A stretch of DNA of 64,000 nucleotides, from contig CAVTBR010000002.1 of NCBI GenBank assembly GCA_963733055.1, forward strand, positions 128,001 to 192,000. Reading direction: 5' to 3'. The notes under the pieces were generated by a model, which had not been told where the DNA came from, did not search any database, and saw only the letters and a list, made by a program, of their open reading frames with translations. The translations under genes and the position numbers were made by a program. How positions within the stretch are numbered: the first letter of the stretch is position 1; each line of letters opens with the position of its first letter. Shown here piece by piece: positions 19,860-30,567 of the stretch. Source of the DNA: Candidatus Bathyarchaeota archaeon (GTDB lineage Archaea > Thermoproteota > Bathyarchaeia > 40CM-2-53-6).

Positions 19860-20096
19860 TCAGGATTTTGCGGTTTCAGGTTTGTGAACTGTGTAGGCGT
19901 GCCCCGTAATTCCCATACCGAGTCTCTCTACGCCGAGAAGGATCATAGCGAAGGCCAGGATGTAAACCACAACGAGTAACCCGAATCCTGGGAAGACGAG
20001 CACCAGTATCCCTGCTACGAGTGTCACCAACCCTACTACGACGGCGAGAGCTCGCGCCCAACCCGGCAACTTTTGACTTTGCATTTCCATTTCCAA
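19860..20096 (-). CDS. DUF308/HdeD-like small membrane protein
   Basis: Two TM helices with a G..LVFPG motif; SD GGGGTGAG. Confidence 0.7.
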   Translation of the reverse strand: MEMEMQSQKLPGWARALAVVVGLVTLVAGILVLVFPGFGLLVVVYILAFAMILLGVERLGMGITGHAYTVHKPETAKS

Positions 20097-20244
20097 CTCA
20101 CCCCCTCCACACTCTAAAGGCGAGACCTGCGGTCCAGTGCATATAAGACCTAACGAACTTTCGGATCGTTCAGAACAGAATTAGCAAGGTTGATTCAGCG
20201 AATCCCTCCTTTGTACAATGAAGTTCAGCGAAGAATTTTGCAAA

Positions 20245-20577
20245 TCACTTGGGGACTATGCAGATGAACTTGAGAGTGTCCGTGCCTGCTTGGAACTGAT
20301 GCTTCTTGTCGGGTGGGATTAGGATGGCGTCCCCGGGTTGGATTACTTCCTCACGGTCCTCGTACCGAACCTTTCCTCGCCCCTCAAGGATGTAGACTTC
20401 GTGCTCCCAATGATGGTTATGAAACGGCGTGAAGCCACCGGCTTCGAGCGTGAAATGGCGCATGAGAACGGTGGGTGCTCCATCCTTTTCATTGATGAGC
20501 CACTTTATCCTCGCCCCTTTAGATCCCTCTTCCGTAACAGGAGCATCGGCCACCGCGGTCACGTTTACCTTATGCAA
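20245..20577 (-). CDS. Cupin domain protein
   Basis: TPFHNHHWEHEVYILEG..PGD..IPP..HQF. TTG at 20577 is preferred; the ORF extends to 20634. Confidence 0.9.
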   Translation of the reverse strand: MHKVNVTAVADAPVTEEGSKGARIKWLINEKDGAPTVLMRHFTLEAGGFTPFHNHHWEHEVYILEGRGKVRYEDREEVIQPGDAILIPPDKKHQFQAGTDTLKFICIVPK

Positions 20578-20986
20578 CCCTGACCTTAATGGTTCGACTC
20601 GAGCGGGAAAATAAAGGTGCGGCTTGAGGCTCACAGCACTCTTTCGACCTTATCGGAATCCGCGGTTAGAGGATGACTTGGATGTATCGGAAGAATGCTG
20701 TGTAATCGCCTGTGATGACGAAGATTGCGGCGATTCCTAAGGGTAGGTATTTGGCGATATTCGAGCGTCCCATGGATAGCACAGTAACGTACCACAGAAT
20801 TCGTGTAGTACACTCAGACACATATAAAGGTCAACTCAAAGATCGACATACATCGAAAAGACGAATGGTCGATAACCGACCCATCCAATTTGGAGTTAAC
20901 ATAAACGTACGAATAACCATGCGAATCAATGGACAACGAGAGACCAAACCATATCCCGAACCCGTCCCGTTCTCCACTGAACTGCC

Positions 20987-21274
20987 TTACCTCGTGAAAT
21001 CGAGCAAGCTTCGGTCATCGCTCTTGCCCCCGGCCTCGGGAGCACTCTTAGCCTTCCCTCCCTCGCCGCGCGTCTCAGCCAGCAGTACCAGGGATTCCCC
21101 CTTCGGAATGTTCAACCGTACAGCCAGTTCGTCGGGGGATATGTCCGGCATCTCCTTGAGCATCACATCCTGAACGTACCGCTTATGGCTCTTGTACATG
21201 AGAAGGGCATGTGCGGTGTCAACCAGCGCCTTCCACAACTCTTCTTTCTCAACAGCATTCGGAGCGTTTGACAT
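20987..21274 (-). CDS. Hypothetical protein with possible HTH
   Basis: PDISPDELAVRLNIPKGES; follows gltX in the same direction. Confidence 0.7.
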   Translation of the reverse strand: MSNAPNAVEKEELWKALVDTAHALLMYKSHKRYVQDVMLKEMPDISPDELAVRLNIPKGESLVLLAETRGEGGKAKSAPEAGGKSDDRSLLDFTR

Positions 21275-21294
21275 TCAATTCCCCTATGCCCAAG

Positions 21295-23031
21295 TCACTG
21301 ATGCGCGAAATACACAGTTATCCCACTCGCCGTAGAAGCGTCAACCCTTCCAAACCCAAACCTAACAAACTGAATAACGGATCCGACCGATTCTGCTCGC
21401 AGGCCCTCCTCCGCAAAACCGTGCGTACTGGTTGCGTCTGGCATCACGACCGTTACAGGAATCTTTTGTTCGCTCGGAACCCATTGTATGATCGGAATGT
21501 TGTCGGCCTTTGCAGTGGAATCCCCTTGATATACGCCCTTCAGTTCTCCATTCGAAAAGCCTTCTAGGCGCATGGTAAGTAGCCCCATCAACCTTACCGT
21601 TTTGTCAGTTACCAGCAGTGCCCTATCGGTCCCGGCCAGAAGTAGCTTTACGCTTCCATTGAGGGTTTGCAATCTTAGAGTTCTGGCGCCCATTTCTGGG
21701 TGTTGTGGATGCAGCGGAGCTTGTACTTCCAGGTTCTTCTCGACGCCACTCACGACCGTTGTGATCGGGTCTGGAGCGAAGTAGAATCGGTGCGAGGTAG
21801 GGTCGATGAGTTTACGATTCATGGCGTTGATGTTGTCCCAGCTTATGGTCACGTCCACGGGCTTCGGCCCCACGTCCCACATCAGCTGCCTAATCGTCTC
21901 CGCCCGGTACCCCCGCCTTCTGAGCGCCGCCAGCGTCCCAAGTCTAGGATCGTCAACCGTTTTGTATTCTCCCTCGTCAAGTGCTCTCATCATCTTCGAT
22001 TTGCTCAGGTTCATTCCTTCGACCTTCAACCTGCCGAAGTGAATTGCATCTGGATAATGCCAGCCTAGGTGATGGTACATGTACAGTTGCCGAGCCATGT
22101 TGGTCAAATGCTCTTTGCCTCGAATCACGTGGGTTATTCCGAGTTCGTGGTCGTCCACTCCCGACGCCATGTTATACAGGGGCCAGACTCTAAATTTCGA
22201 ACCTACGCGCGGGTGAGGGTTCTTGAGTGTGTCGACGATTCGGAATCCGGGCCAGTCTCGGACGGCGGGGTTCGGATGGTTCAGATCAGTTTTCACTCTA
22301 TAGACTGCCTGCCCTTCACCATATCCTCCATTCAGCATCTTCTCCCATCTTTCGATTTGTTTCTTCACTCCCAACTCCCTGTGCGGGCACGCGGTTTTGC
22401 TGCTCACTAGTGCGCGCCATTGCTCTTGGGGGCATTCGCACACGTAGGCCACATCCTTAGTCAGGAGAGTTCTACCGACTTCGTAGTAGTTCGGAAGACG
22501 ATCACTTTGGATGTATTCTTCGTCCCAACTGCAGCCTAGCCATTTCAGGTCCTCGCGAATAATGTCGTAGTATTGGAGCTGCGCTTTCTTGAGACGGGGG
22601 TCAGTGTCCTCGAATCTAACTATGAATTTCCCGTTGTACATTCTAGCGTAGTCGTGGCTGAGGACCGCGGCTCGCGCGTTGCCGATGTGAAGCACAAAGT
22701 CGGGGTTGGGTGCGACCCGAGTTACGATTGTTGAATATTTGTTCGCGTTTGGGAGCGGTGGGAGCTTTCGTTCTTCTTCCGGCTTTTCCTTCGCCAGTTC
22801 CTCAGGCCATTTCTCGGACGCCTCTCGATTCAACTGCTCTAGCGCAATTGAGTTAACTTCTTGGACAATGCGCCGGACGGATGCCATGAGTTCCTTAGCT
22901 TTCGGCTTCAGGTCGCTGTTTTCCCCGAGCAGATTCCCTAGCACAGCGCCAGGATCCGCGTTGCCATTGTGTTTGATCGCGTTTAGAGCCGCGGCTTTCC
23001 GGATTTTCTCGTCGATGCTGGGGTTTGGCAT
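21295..23031 (-). CDS. gltX: Glutamyl-tRNA synthetase (archaeal, likely non-discriminating)
   Basis: APNP..LHIGN (HIGH), RFEDTDP, IRGKEH and LSKS motifs; GatDE present in the window. Confidence 0.96.
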   Translation of the reverse strand: MPNPSIDEKIRKAAALNAIKHNGNADPGAVLGNLLGENSDLKPKAKELMASVRRIVQEVNSIALEQLNREASEKWPEELAKEKPEEERKLPPLPNANKYSTIVTRVAPNPDFVLHIGNARAAVLSHDYARMYNGKFIVRFEDTDPRLKKAQLQYYDIIREDLKWLGCSWDEEYIQSDRLPNYYEVGRTLLTKDVAYVCECPQEQWRALVSSKTACPHRELGVKKQIERWEKMLNGGYGEGQAVYRVKTDLNHPNPAVRDWPGFRIVDTLKNPHPRVGSKFRVWPLYNMASGVDDHELGITHVIRGKEHLTNMARQLYMYHHLGWHYPDAIHFGRLKVEGMNLSKSKMMRALDEGEYKTVDDPRLGTLAALRRRGYRAETIRQLMWDVGPKPVDVTISWDNINAMNRKLIDPTSHRFYFAPDPITTVVSGVEKNLEVQAPLHPQHPEMGARTLRLQTLNGSVKLLLAGTDRALLVTDKTVRLMGLLTMRLEGFSNGELKGVYQGDSTAKADNIPIIQWVPSEQKIPVTVVMPDATSTHGFAEEGLRAESVGSVIQFVRFGFGRVDASTASGITVYFAHQ

Positions 23032-23060
23032 GGGCTTGTTCTCGGTAAATCTACTGCGGC

Positions 23061-24131
23061 TTACTCGATCACACCTGTGATCGTTGCGACTTTCTGGGCA
23101 GCATCTTGGGTCAGGCCACTTTCTCCTAGAATCGTGTAACGTTCGGGCCTTATGGAGTGTGCCATGGTTAGCGCCTTGAGAATGTACTCGGATTCAATTT
23201 GCAATTCCTTCGCCGTCGTCGGCGCGTTGATTTTGTGGAGGAACTCTTTGATCAGTTGCCAATTTGCTCCATGCAAATACGCACACATGATCGTGCCTAC
23301 GCCACATTGCTCACCGTGCAATGCTGGTTTCGGAGCGATCATGGCGAGGGAATGGCTGAAGAGGTGTTCCGCTCCGCTGCAAGGCCGGCTTGTACCTGCG
23401 ATGCTCATCGCTACGCCACAACTGATCAGCGCCTCCACCAAGGTTCTCACTCCTGAATCGGACATCGCCCGAATGCTGCTCGCGTTCTTAATCACGACGC
23501 GGGAACTCATTAGAGCAAGTTCGGCTGCATAGTCACCATAGTATTCGTTCTTTATTCGATGAGCCAGCTTCCAGTCCCGTACGGCCGTATACTTTGCAAC
23601 CACGTCACCGCAGCCGCTGGCGATTAGACGGTATGGTGACTTGGCTATGATACTGGTGTCTGCGACGATCGCGATTGGAGAATGCGCGACGTAGGAATAG
23701 GGACGGTCCATGCCCTTCATCGAGACGAGCGGGCTGGCGATGCCGTCGTGTGATGCCGCGGTTGGAACGCTTAGGAATCGCGTGCCTGCCCTCATGCTGC
23801 TGAGCTTGGCTACGTCAATATCCTTGCCGCCCCCAACACCGACGACTACGTCGGGTTTCATGTCACGGATTCTGTTTTCTACCCTGGCAACTTCCTCAGT
23901 CGTGGAACTGTTAACAGTCATAGTTTCCGTTTTGAAGCCACGAAGTTTCAACGATTCAAGGACGATATCTCCTGCAATCGAGATGACCTTCTCACCGGTA
24001 ACGACAAGCGCCGGGCCATGAAACCCGAGCCGGGTTAGCGTCTCGCCTACCAACGGCGCAACATTGTTTCCAATTAGAACTTCCCGCGGAAGCTGCATGT
24101 AATGTGAATCGCGAGGTATGGAAGGGATCAT
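23061..24131 (-). CDS. egsA: sn-glycerol-1-phosphate dehydrogenase
   Basis: GVGGGKDIDVAK, PTAASHDGIASP, SRPCSGAEHLFSH and HGEQCG motifs; ATG at 24131. Confidence 0.95.
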   Translation of the reverse strand: MIPSIPRDSHYMQLPREVLIGNNVAPLVGETLTRLGFHGPALVVTGEKVISIAGDIVLESLKLRGFKTETMTVNSSTTEEVARVENRIRDMKPDVVVGVGGGKDIDVAKLSSMRAGTRFLSVPTAASHDGIASPLVSMKGMDRPYSYVAHSPIAIVADTSIIAKSPYRLIASGCGDVVAKYTAVRDWKLAHRIKNEYYGDYAAELALMSSRVVIKNASSIRAMSDSGVRTLVEALISCGVAMSIAGTSRPCSGAEHLFSHSLAMIAPKPALHGEQCGVGTIMCAYLHGANWQLIKEFLHKINAPTTAKELQIESEYILKALTMAHSIRPERYTILGESGLTQDAAQKVATITGVIE

Positions 24132-24133
24132 AC

Positions 24134-25948
24134 TTACACCAGAAAGAGCAGAGACAAGATTGTGATTGCTACTACCATTGGGAATAGCGTGAGGGCGGTC
24201 ATTTTCGAAACTCGGTAAACCATGCCCATTACGCGCCTTAGTGATTTCTGGCCGAGCGTTGTAACCGGAATTTGACCGGAGACCACACCGACTTCTGCCT
24301 CCTCTAAGTTGCTTAATGCCTCTCGGCATTCGGCGGTGATTTCTTCTATGATTGGACCATGCGGAGCAACTTCGCCTACGGGGTGGTAGCCCATTCGCGC
24401 GGATACAATCCCATTAACCATGTGAGTGTCCGTTGTCATGACCTCTCCATCTTCAAACCCTAATCCCTTCACGCTCTTTAGAATCTCCTCCCTCAGCCCT
24501 CTAATCATGTTGTTCCCGTCGATCGTTATGTAAGCGAACCTCTGACCCTCGACTTCGACAGCAATTACCGAAATTCCGCCCGGCCCGAACCCATCCTTTA
24601 ACGAAAAGTGCTCCGGTTTCTTATGCGCAACTCCGACCTGGAAGTTCGTTGGCTTTCGCTCTGAAGAAATCTGTAACGAAGCCAATGCCGCTTCCTGCAG
24701 CGCCCCCACTTTCTGAGGGGTCATAGTTGTGGGGCCGGTGAGGCAATTGTGGGCGTCAATCAATGCTAAGCTTCGAAACTTGCCGTGAGTGAGGCCGGAG
24801 AGGTTCTTTGCAAGTTCAGACGGGACATCCTCCATGTCGAGGGGAGAGGTGGTCATCGTTACCAGGGCGCAGCCGTCGAAGATTTGCGACGTTGCGGTAG
24901 CTACTTCGTTGGCCGTTCTTTCAACCGGTGTCGCCTCCTTGTAATATTCGGTTTTTCCGAGGTTAGTGAACACCCAGTTGAGAATTCTTTCATTCTGCTC
25001 TTGGGACACTAAGTTCAGCTCATGTCCGGACACGCCGTGCGGAACCATAGCGACCGCATTCAATTCCCTCTGCATGACAGATTCGAATAGAAATGGCAAG
25101 ACGCTGCTACCGACGTTCAGGAATGGACCTGGGTGTACGGTGGATACTAGAATTACACCCTTAACGTTCTGACTTCCTTTCTTGCGAAACGCAAATGCGG
25201 CCGCATCTATTTCCGTTTCCACTCCCAGCTCGTGAAGGTACGATTCTAGCTCAACGTTCTCCGTCTCTAGCCAATCAGTCAGAAAGGCACGAAACATACG
25301 GATAGGAGAGAACCCGATCGCCTTGCGGCCCGTTGACTCGATCGTAGAGATCAGCGCAAAGGCGAACGACAAACCCACAGTGGAGGCGAGCAAAAGACCC
25401 GTTATCATTCGCCCGGCGGGAAGCCCGAACACAAGTACTGAAGTCAACGCGACGAGGCAGGGCTCGAGTAAGGCGAAAACCAATCTCCGGGCGAAGCTGG
25501 TCCGTGACATTGAAAACACGGCTAAGGCCCTAGGCGGGATAACAGCGAACAGCCCGACGATAATCGCGAAGTCGGGAAAGATAAACCTCGGATCGATAAC
25601 GGCGATGACCGCGGTGATCAAGAACACTGCGACCATCGTGATCGTCATAAAGAATGAAAGAGCGAGGCAGCGCCTGAGGTAGAATAAGGGGTCTTTCTTC
25701 ATTATGGTAAAGTAGAGAACAATGTCCGAGGTGAAAGCCGGTATGGTGAGCGCCATTACTCCCCATGCCATGCCGTAGAGGAAAGACCCTAGGGTACCTT
25801 TGGTGATTAAGAATGAAAAGCCGATTCCGAATGTTGTGAAGAGAATCGAATTGAGAAGGATCGACCTAGTGGACGGAAACGCTATGCGCCTAATCATATT
25901 GTAGTATGGCGTCGTGCCAATTATGCGTCTTGAGGAAGAATGCGCCAA
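24134..25948 (-). CDS. DUF2070 membrane protein (predicted lipid hydrolase-like)
   Basis: Several N-terminal TMs; HPGPF..VGSS, PHG..GHE, DAHN, DGNNM and TTDTH motifs. Confidence 0.88.
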   Translation of the reverse strand: MAHSSSRRIIGTTPYYNMIRRIAFPSTRSILLNSILFTTFGIGFSFLITKGTLGSFLYGMAWGVMALTIPAFTSDIVLYFTIMKKDPLFYLRRCLALSFFMTITMVAVFLITAVIAVIDPRFIFPDFAIIVGLFAVIPPRALAVFSMSRTSFARRLVFALLEPCLVALTSVLVFGLPAGRMITGLLLASTVGLSFAFALISTIESTGRKAIGFSPIRMFRAFLTDWLETENVELESYLHELGVETEIDAAAFAFRKKGSQNVKGVILVSTVHPGPFLNVGSSVLPFLFESVMQRELNAVAMVPHGVSGHELNLVSQEQNERILNWVFTNLGKTEYYKEATPVERTANEVATATSQIFDGCALVTMTTSPLDMEDVPSELAKNLSGLTHGKFRSLALIDAHNCLTGPTTMTPQKVGALQEAALASLQISSERKPTNFQVGVAHKKPEHFSLKDGFGPGGISVIAVEVEGQRFAYITIDGNNMIRGLREEILKSVKGLGFEDGEVMTTDTHMVNGIVSARMGYHPVGEVAPHGPIIEEITAECREALSNLEEAEVGVVSGQIPVTTLGQKSLRRVMGMVYRVSKMTALTLFPMVVAITILSLLFLV

Positions 25949-25967
25949 GCGCTAGCCTCGCCAACTG

Positions 25968-26717
25968 TCACTGTATGGCTCGGATAATCTCGTGCAGTTT
26001 CCTCACAGACGCATTTTCCGCAATAGTACCGGTAACAATTAGATCCACGCCCGCCTTCACGAGTTTTACGGCTTGGGGTGGAGACCTGATTCCTCCGCCT
26101 GCTATGATGTGCATCCGGCACGTTTTCCGCACCGCTGAAACCATTTCCGAGGAAACGATCTGTCTCGCTCCTGAACCTGCCTCAAGGTACACGAATCTCA
26201 TCCCGAGGTATTCAGCGGCTAGTGCATAGATCGCCGCTAGCTCGGGCTTGTCGTAGGGGATCGGGTTTGCGTTACCCACAAACCCCGCAGCGCCAGCATG
26301 TTCCCCGATAATCAAGTAGGCCAGCGGAATCGGTTCGATGCCGTATCGCTTCACTAGCGGAGCGCCGAGTGCCTGCGCTCCCGAGAGGTAGTAGGGGTTT
26401 ATCGAATTCAGGAGGGACATGAAGAAGACGGCGTCGGCATGTCGACTCAATCCGGCAACGTCGTTTGGAAAAAGAATGACCTTGAGGCCTGATGTTCTGA
26501 TCGCCTTAACGATTGCATCGAGTTCATAGACTGAGGTGGAGGTGGAACCTCCGACCATAGCCGCGGCGGTACCGGCCTTCTTGGCCTCGGATGCCAATCT
26601 CTTGGCGGCAAACGGCGTTAGTTTTTCTGGATCGAAAAGGGTTAGGTGGGCAACTCCTTTTTCCTTAATCACAGTCAGTAGATGATTCTCTACGGTCCCG
26701 ATTTTGATTTCGGACAA
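25968..26717 (-). CDS. Geranylgeranylglyceryl phosphate synthase
   Basis: HLTLFDPEK, MVGGS, FMSLLNS, YLEAGSGA and GGGIRS motifs; likely start TTG at 26717. Confidence 0.93.
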   Translation of the reverse strand: MSEIKIGTVENHLLTVIKEKGVAHLTLFDPEKLTPFAAKRLASEAKKAGTAAAMVGGSTSTSVYELDAIVKAIRTSGLKVILFPNDVAGLSRHADAVFFMSLLNSINPYYLSGAQALGAPLVKRYGIEPIPLAYLIIGEHAGAAGFVGNANPIPYDKPELAAIYALAAEYLGMRFVYLEAGSGARQIVSSEMVSAVRKTCRMHIIAGGGIRSPPQAVKLVKAGVDLIVTGTIAENASVRKLHEIIRAIQ

Positions 26718-26805
26718 GGAATGAGGCACCCAACATCTTGGAGTGTTGATGAGATTGATTGTTGCTGAAACTGGGCGTGATACTATTAAAATGGTGGGTT
26801 GGAGA

Positions 26806-27702
26806 GTGGTCACGCAGCACGAAGTAGGCCCGAAAGCGTTGCAGTCGAACTCGAATTCCTCCGCGGTCCAGAAAATCGTTGCGCTCCTAACAATGATGCG
26901 CTTGCCCAACTGCGCGATGATAGGTTTCGCGGTCATCGTCGGAGAGATCATATCCTCTTCAATTGTTCCTGTTAGGGCGTTGTTCTACGGATTCGGGGCC
27001 GGGTTCTTCCTTTTGGCCGCGTCAATGGTAGTGAACGATTATTTTGACCGCGAGATCGATTCGATCAATGAACCAAAACGACCTCTCCCGTCGGGCGTAG
27101 TTAGTTCGAAGGAGGCGCTGTCGTTTGCTGCGATTCTGGGATCCCTCGGACTTCTCTCAGCGTCCTACACTGGAATTCCAACTCTAGTAATCGCTTTGCT
27201 GAGCCTTGTGATTATGATGTCGTACAATGCTAGGTTGAAGAAGACGGGTCTTCTTGGCAACGTGTTAGTGAGCACAAATGTTGCGATACCGTTCGTCTAT
27301 GGCGGATTCGCCGTTGCTAGCTTGAACTGGTCCTTGGGGATATTCGCATTGCTTGCTTTTCTCTCAAGCGTAGGAAGGGAGATTGTGAAAGGGATCGTTG
27401 ATGTTCCCGGCGATACTTCGAGAGGAGTTCGGTCGATCGCCACAACTAAGGGGAATGCGGTAGCCGGGAAATATGGCGCGTCGCTCTTCTTGGCCGCAGT
27501 TGCGCTGAGCGCTGTTCCATTGTTATTCGGTTTGGTTACATACTACTACATACCATTGGTTGCGATATGCGACATTGGATTCGTGCTGACAGCATACTCT
27601 ATTTTGAGTAATGCCAGCCCCAGAAACGCCAAGCGTAACAAGAAGTACATCCTCCTATGGATGACCTTCGGTCTGCTAGCATTCGTAGTTGGATCAGTGT
27701 AA
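26806..27702 (+). CDS. Digeranylgeranylglyceryl phosphate synthase (UbiA family)
   Basis: NDYFDREID..NEPKRPLPSG and REIVKGIVDVPGD motifs; multiple TMs. Confidence 0.92.
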   Translation: MVTQHEVGPKALQSNSNSSAVQKIVALLTMMRLPNCAMIGFAVIVGEIISSSIVPVRALFYGFGAGFFLLAASMVVNDYFDREIDSINEPKRPLPSGVVSSKEALSFAAILGSLGLLSASYTGIPTLVIALLSLVIMMSYNARLKKTGLLGNVLVSTNVAIPFVYGGFAVASLNWSLGIFALLAFLSSVGREIVKGIVDVPGDTSRGVRSIATTKGNAVAGKYGASLFLAAVALSAVPLLFGLVTYYYIPLVAICDIGFVLTAYSILSNASPRNAKRNKKYILLWMTFGLLAFVVGSV

Positions 27703-27772
27703 CCCAGCGCCACGTATGGGAGAGAAAACAGAGTGTACAAAGCCTTTTATGAGATAAAATCCGTAAGGCATC

Positions 27773-28153
27773 TTGGAAGGGTATGGTTTGAAAGTGAATG
27801 ATACCCGTATAACACGAATTCGCGGGATTGAATCTCGCGGAAAACGAAAACTTTCCAAAGAGTCCCTGACTGCCTTTCCGAAAGAAATTGTTGGAACATT
27901 TGCCCACCTACCCAAGGTCTTCAAGAAAGTAGACATCGACCGCTTAATGGGAGACCAGATCTCGCGCAGCATGAAGTGGCGCTATATTCGCCGTATGGAG
28001 CGCCTCGGAATCGTAAAGCATGCAACCAAGAAATATTACAGAAAGATGTACGATACGATTTCCGAATGGATGGAGAAAGACGCGATTCCGAAGGTACGCC
28101 GGCTCGAAATGCTCGTCGAAGTCGAGACACCGTCTTCCGCGACTACCGTTTAG
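27773..28153 (+). CDS. Hypothetical basic protein, winged-helix-like
   Basis: SRSMKWRYIRRMERLGIVKH pattern; convergent with HMG-CoA reductase. Confidence 0.6.
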   Translation: MEGYGLKVNDTRITRIRGIESRGKRKLSKESLTAFPKEIVGTFAHLPKVFKKVDIDRLMGDQISRSMKWRYIRRMERLGIVKHATKKYYRKMYDTISEWMEKDAIPKVRRLEMLVEVETPSSATTV

Positions 28154-29411
28154 TCAGCTCTTCGAGTAATTCCTTCGCACGATCCACCCTTACTTTTCTT
28201 TCCGCCACCATACGTGCCGAAATCTTATCGATCAAATCGCCTTTCGCACCAACACTGATCGCTACGTTCCGCGCATGCAGGCCCATATGGCCACGTTGGA
28301 TACCCTCACTTGCGAGAGCGCGCAAGGCCGCCAGATTTTGAGCCAAGCCAACCGAGACCATCACTTCCGCTAGATCCCTTGCGGTTTTTATCCCAAGAAT
28401 CTTCACAGCGATCTTCGCAATTGGATTCGATGCGGTCGCTCCCCCAACGATTCCGACGGCCATCGGCATTTCCAGGGTTCCCACTAGGTCACCGTTAGCG
28501 TCTCTCTCCCACGATGTAAGAGAGGTATAGTGCCCCGACCTAGAGGCGTAGGAGTGGGCGCCGGCTTCGATCGCCCGTGTATCATTACCTGTCGCAAGTA
28601 CGACAGCGGTGACCCCGTTCATGATACCCTTGTTATGAGTTGCGCATCGGTAAGGGTCTGCGGCAGCAAAAGCGTACGCGTTCACGATCCCGTCAACAAC
28701 CTCCGCTCCACCAAGCGCATCCTTCGGAAAGGTTGCTTTGGCACGGGCAAGTCTCTTCACCGCTAGGTTGGAGATAATACGTAGAAGAACCCGTCCACCC
28801 GAGATCTTCTCAATGAGGGGAGCAACCGCCTCAGTCATCGTATTGACCGCATTCGCTCCCATCGCATCTCGACAATCAACTAACAGTTCAGCGATAACCA
28901 TCTTTCCTTGAAAAGTGTCGATAATCCGGACTTCTAGGTCTCGAGCCCCTCCGCCCAGGGATACGAGTACAGGGTCTTGTGCGTTGGCATGCTTCAAAAG
29001 TTCCGTTTTTTGAGCTAGAATTTCGAATCTAGCCCTATGCGCGTCGTGAACGCCCACGACCTGAATTTGTCCAATCATAACGGGGTCCGTCGTTGTGGCT
29101 TGGAATCCCCCTTTCGCCCGAGTCATCTTAGCCGCGTTACTCGCCGCAGCAATAACAGAAGGTTCCTCAATCGCCATCGGGATCATCACCTCTCTTCCGT
29201 TTATGAGAAAGTTCATTGCTACACCCATCGGAACCGGCATTACGCCGATAACATTCTCAACCATGCGATTCGCAACATCAAACCCTAGAGCCCCGGGGGT
29301 CTGAAGCGAAGCAGTTTCTTCCTCGTTAAGGCCAGCGAAATCCTTCACTGCCTTTACGCGATCGGCAACGGAGAGCTTGTAGAATCCTGAGAGTTCGGAA
29401 CTCTTGGCCAT
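28143..29411 (-). CDS. mvaA: HMG-CoA reductase, class II (degradative-type family)
   Basis: ENVIG, EEPSVIAA, DAMGAN, THNKGIMNG, GNDTRA and GIQRGHMGLH motifs. Confidence 0.95.
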   Translation of the reverse strand: MAKSSELSGFYKLSVADRVKAVKDFAGLNEEETASLQTPGALGFDVANRMVENVIGVMPVPMGVAMNFLINGREVMIPMAIEEPSVIAAASNAAKMTRAKGGFQATTTDPVMIGQIQVVGVHDAHRARFEILAQKTELLKHANAQDPVLVSLGGGARDLEVRIIDTFQGKMVIAELLVDCRDAMGANAVNTMTEAVAPLIEKISGGRVLLRIISNLAVKRLARAKATFPKDALGGAEVVDGIVNAYAFAAADPYRCATHNKGIMNGVTAVVLATGNDTRAIEAGAHSYASRSGHYTSLTSWERDANGDLVGTLEMPMAVGIVGGATASNPIAKIAVKILGIKTARDLAEVMVSVGLAQNLAALRALASEGIQRGHMGLHARNVAISVGAKGDLIDKISARMVAERKVRVDRAKELLEELTKR

Positions 29412-29529
29412 AGGGACATCAATTGAATCCCAAGTAGCTACTTACCTTTAGAACTTGGGATTGGAGACTACGCAAATTTTTTCTTCAAAGTGGATAACTC
29501 TTATAACGCGAATAGTTCGCTCGAACCTT

Positions 29530-30567
29530 GTGCTAGCAGTAGGCGTTGAGAGCCCAACCAACATTGCGCTCGTAAAATATTGGGGCAAACACCCGAAATA
29601 CGAACATCTTCTCATACCCACCAAGAGCTCTGTCTCCTTCACAATTGCGGGGCTCCACGCAAAGACCCTCCTCAAGGTTGAGAGCGGAAAAAGAGAAATC
29701 ACATTTCACTTGAATGGAAAGAAGATAAACGAAACACAAAGCGAATACGATTACGTCAGGGACTTCTTTGACAAAATTACGAGAACATACAAGTTCGCCA
29801 ATGATTATCGGTACGAAATATCCTCTCAAAATGACTTCCCGACCGCATCAGGGTTTGCATCATCTGCCGCGGGGTTTTCCGCGCTAGCGCTCGCATTCGC
29901 AAAGGCCATGACTAAACTAGACCGCTTGCCCCAGCTGAATGAAAGACAACTTTCAGTACTGGCGAGACTAGGATCCGGCTCCGCAGCCCGTTCAGTCCCT
30001 CCTCGAGGCGGATTGGTTATCTGGCACAGAGGTTTTGACAACGCAACCTCAGAGTCTGAGGTCTCCGACCTATCCTATGCCGAAACGCTCTACGAACCAT
30101 CATATTTCGCTGACCTGTCCGTAATCTACGCCAAAGTCGAATCGGAAAAAGAGAAGAAAACAAAAAGCCGAGCAGGCATGAAGGAAAGCGTCCGAAGCGT
30201 ATACGACTACTGGCAATGGGTAGAATACGAAGAAAAAACGCTCCTCCCGACCATTCTCAAAGCGGTTAAGGAAAGGGATTGGGCTCAAATGTTCCAGCTG
30301 ACCAAGCAGGCCTCGAACAACTTTCACGCGGTGTGTTGGAGGACAGACCCGCCCATCATCTACCTAAACGACAAGAGCACCGAAATCATAAACACCATCC
30401 AACCATTACCTCATGCCGCCTACACATTTGACGCGGGCCCCAACGCAGTCGTATTTTCACTAAGAAAACACGCGGAGGAAGTGGAGGACAGTTTGAAGGC
30501 CATTGTTGGGAAGGGAAATACGTACAGAACTGAAGTTGGCGGCGGGCCCAAGGACGCTGAATCGTAA
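29530..30567 (+). CDS. mvaD: Diphosphomevalonate decarboxylase family protein
   Basis: PTNIALVKYWGK, FPTASGFASSAAG, RLGSGSAARS, SRAGM and YTFDAGPN motifs; GTG at 29530. Confidence 0.9.
   Translation: MLAVGVESPTNIALVKYWGKHPKYEHLLIPTKSSVSFTIAGLHAKTLLKVESGKREITFHLNGKKINETQSEYDYVRDFFDKITRTYKFANDYRYEISSQNDFPTASGFASSAAGFSALALAFAKAMTKLDRLPQLNERQLSVLARLGSGSAARSVPPRGGLVIWHRGFDNATSESEVSDLSYAETLYEPSYFADLSVIYAKVESEKEKKTKSRAGMKESVRSVYDYWQWVEYEEKTLLPTILKAVKERDWAQMFQLTKQASNNFHAVCWRTDPPIIYLNDKSTEIINTIQPLPHAAYTFDAGPNAVVFSLRKHAEEVEDSLKAIVGKGNTYRTEVGGGPKDAES

Noticed and set aside
20631-20960. Short ORFs between the cupin gene and the gltX-downstream gene
   Set aside because: Several overlapping short frames with no motif or clear ribosome-binding site; none can be supported.
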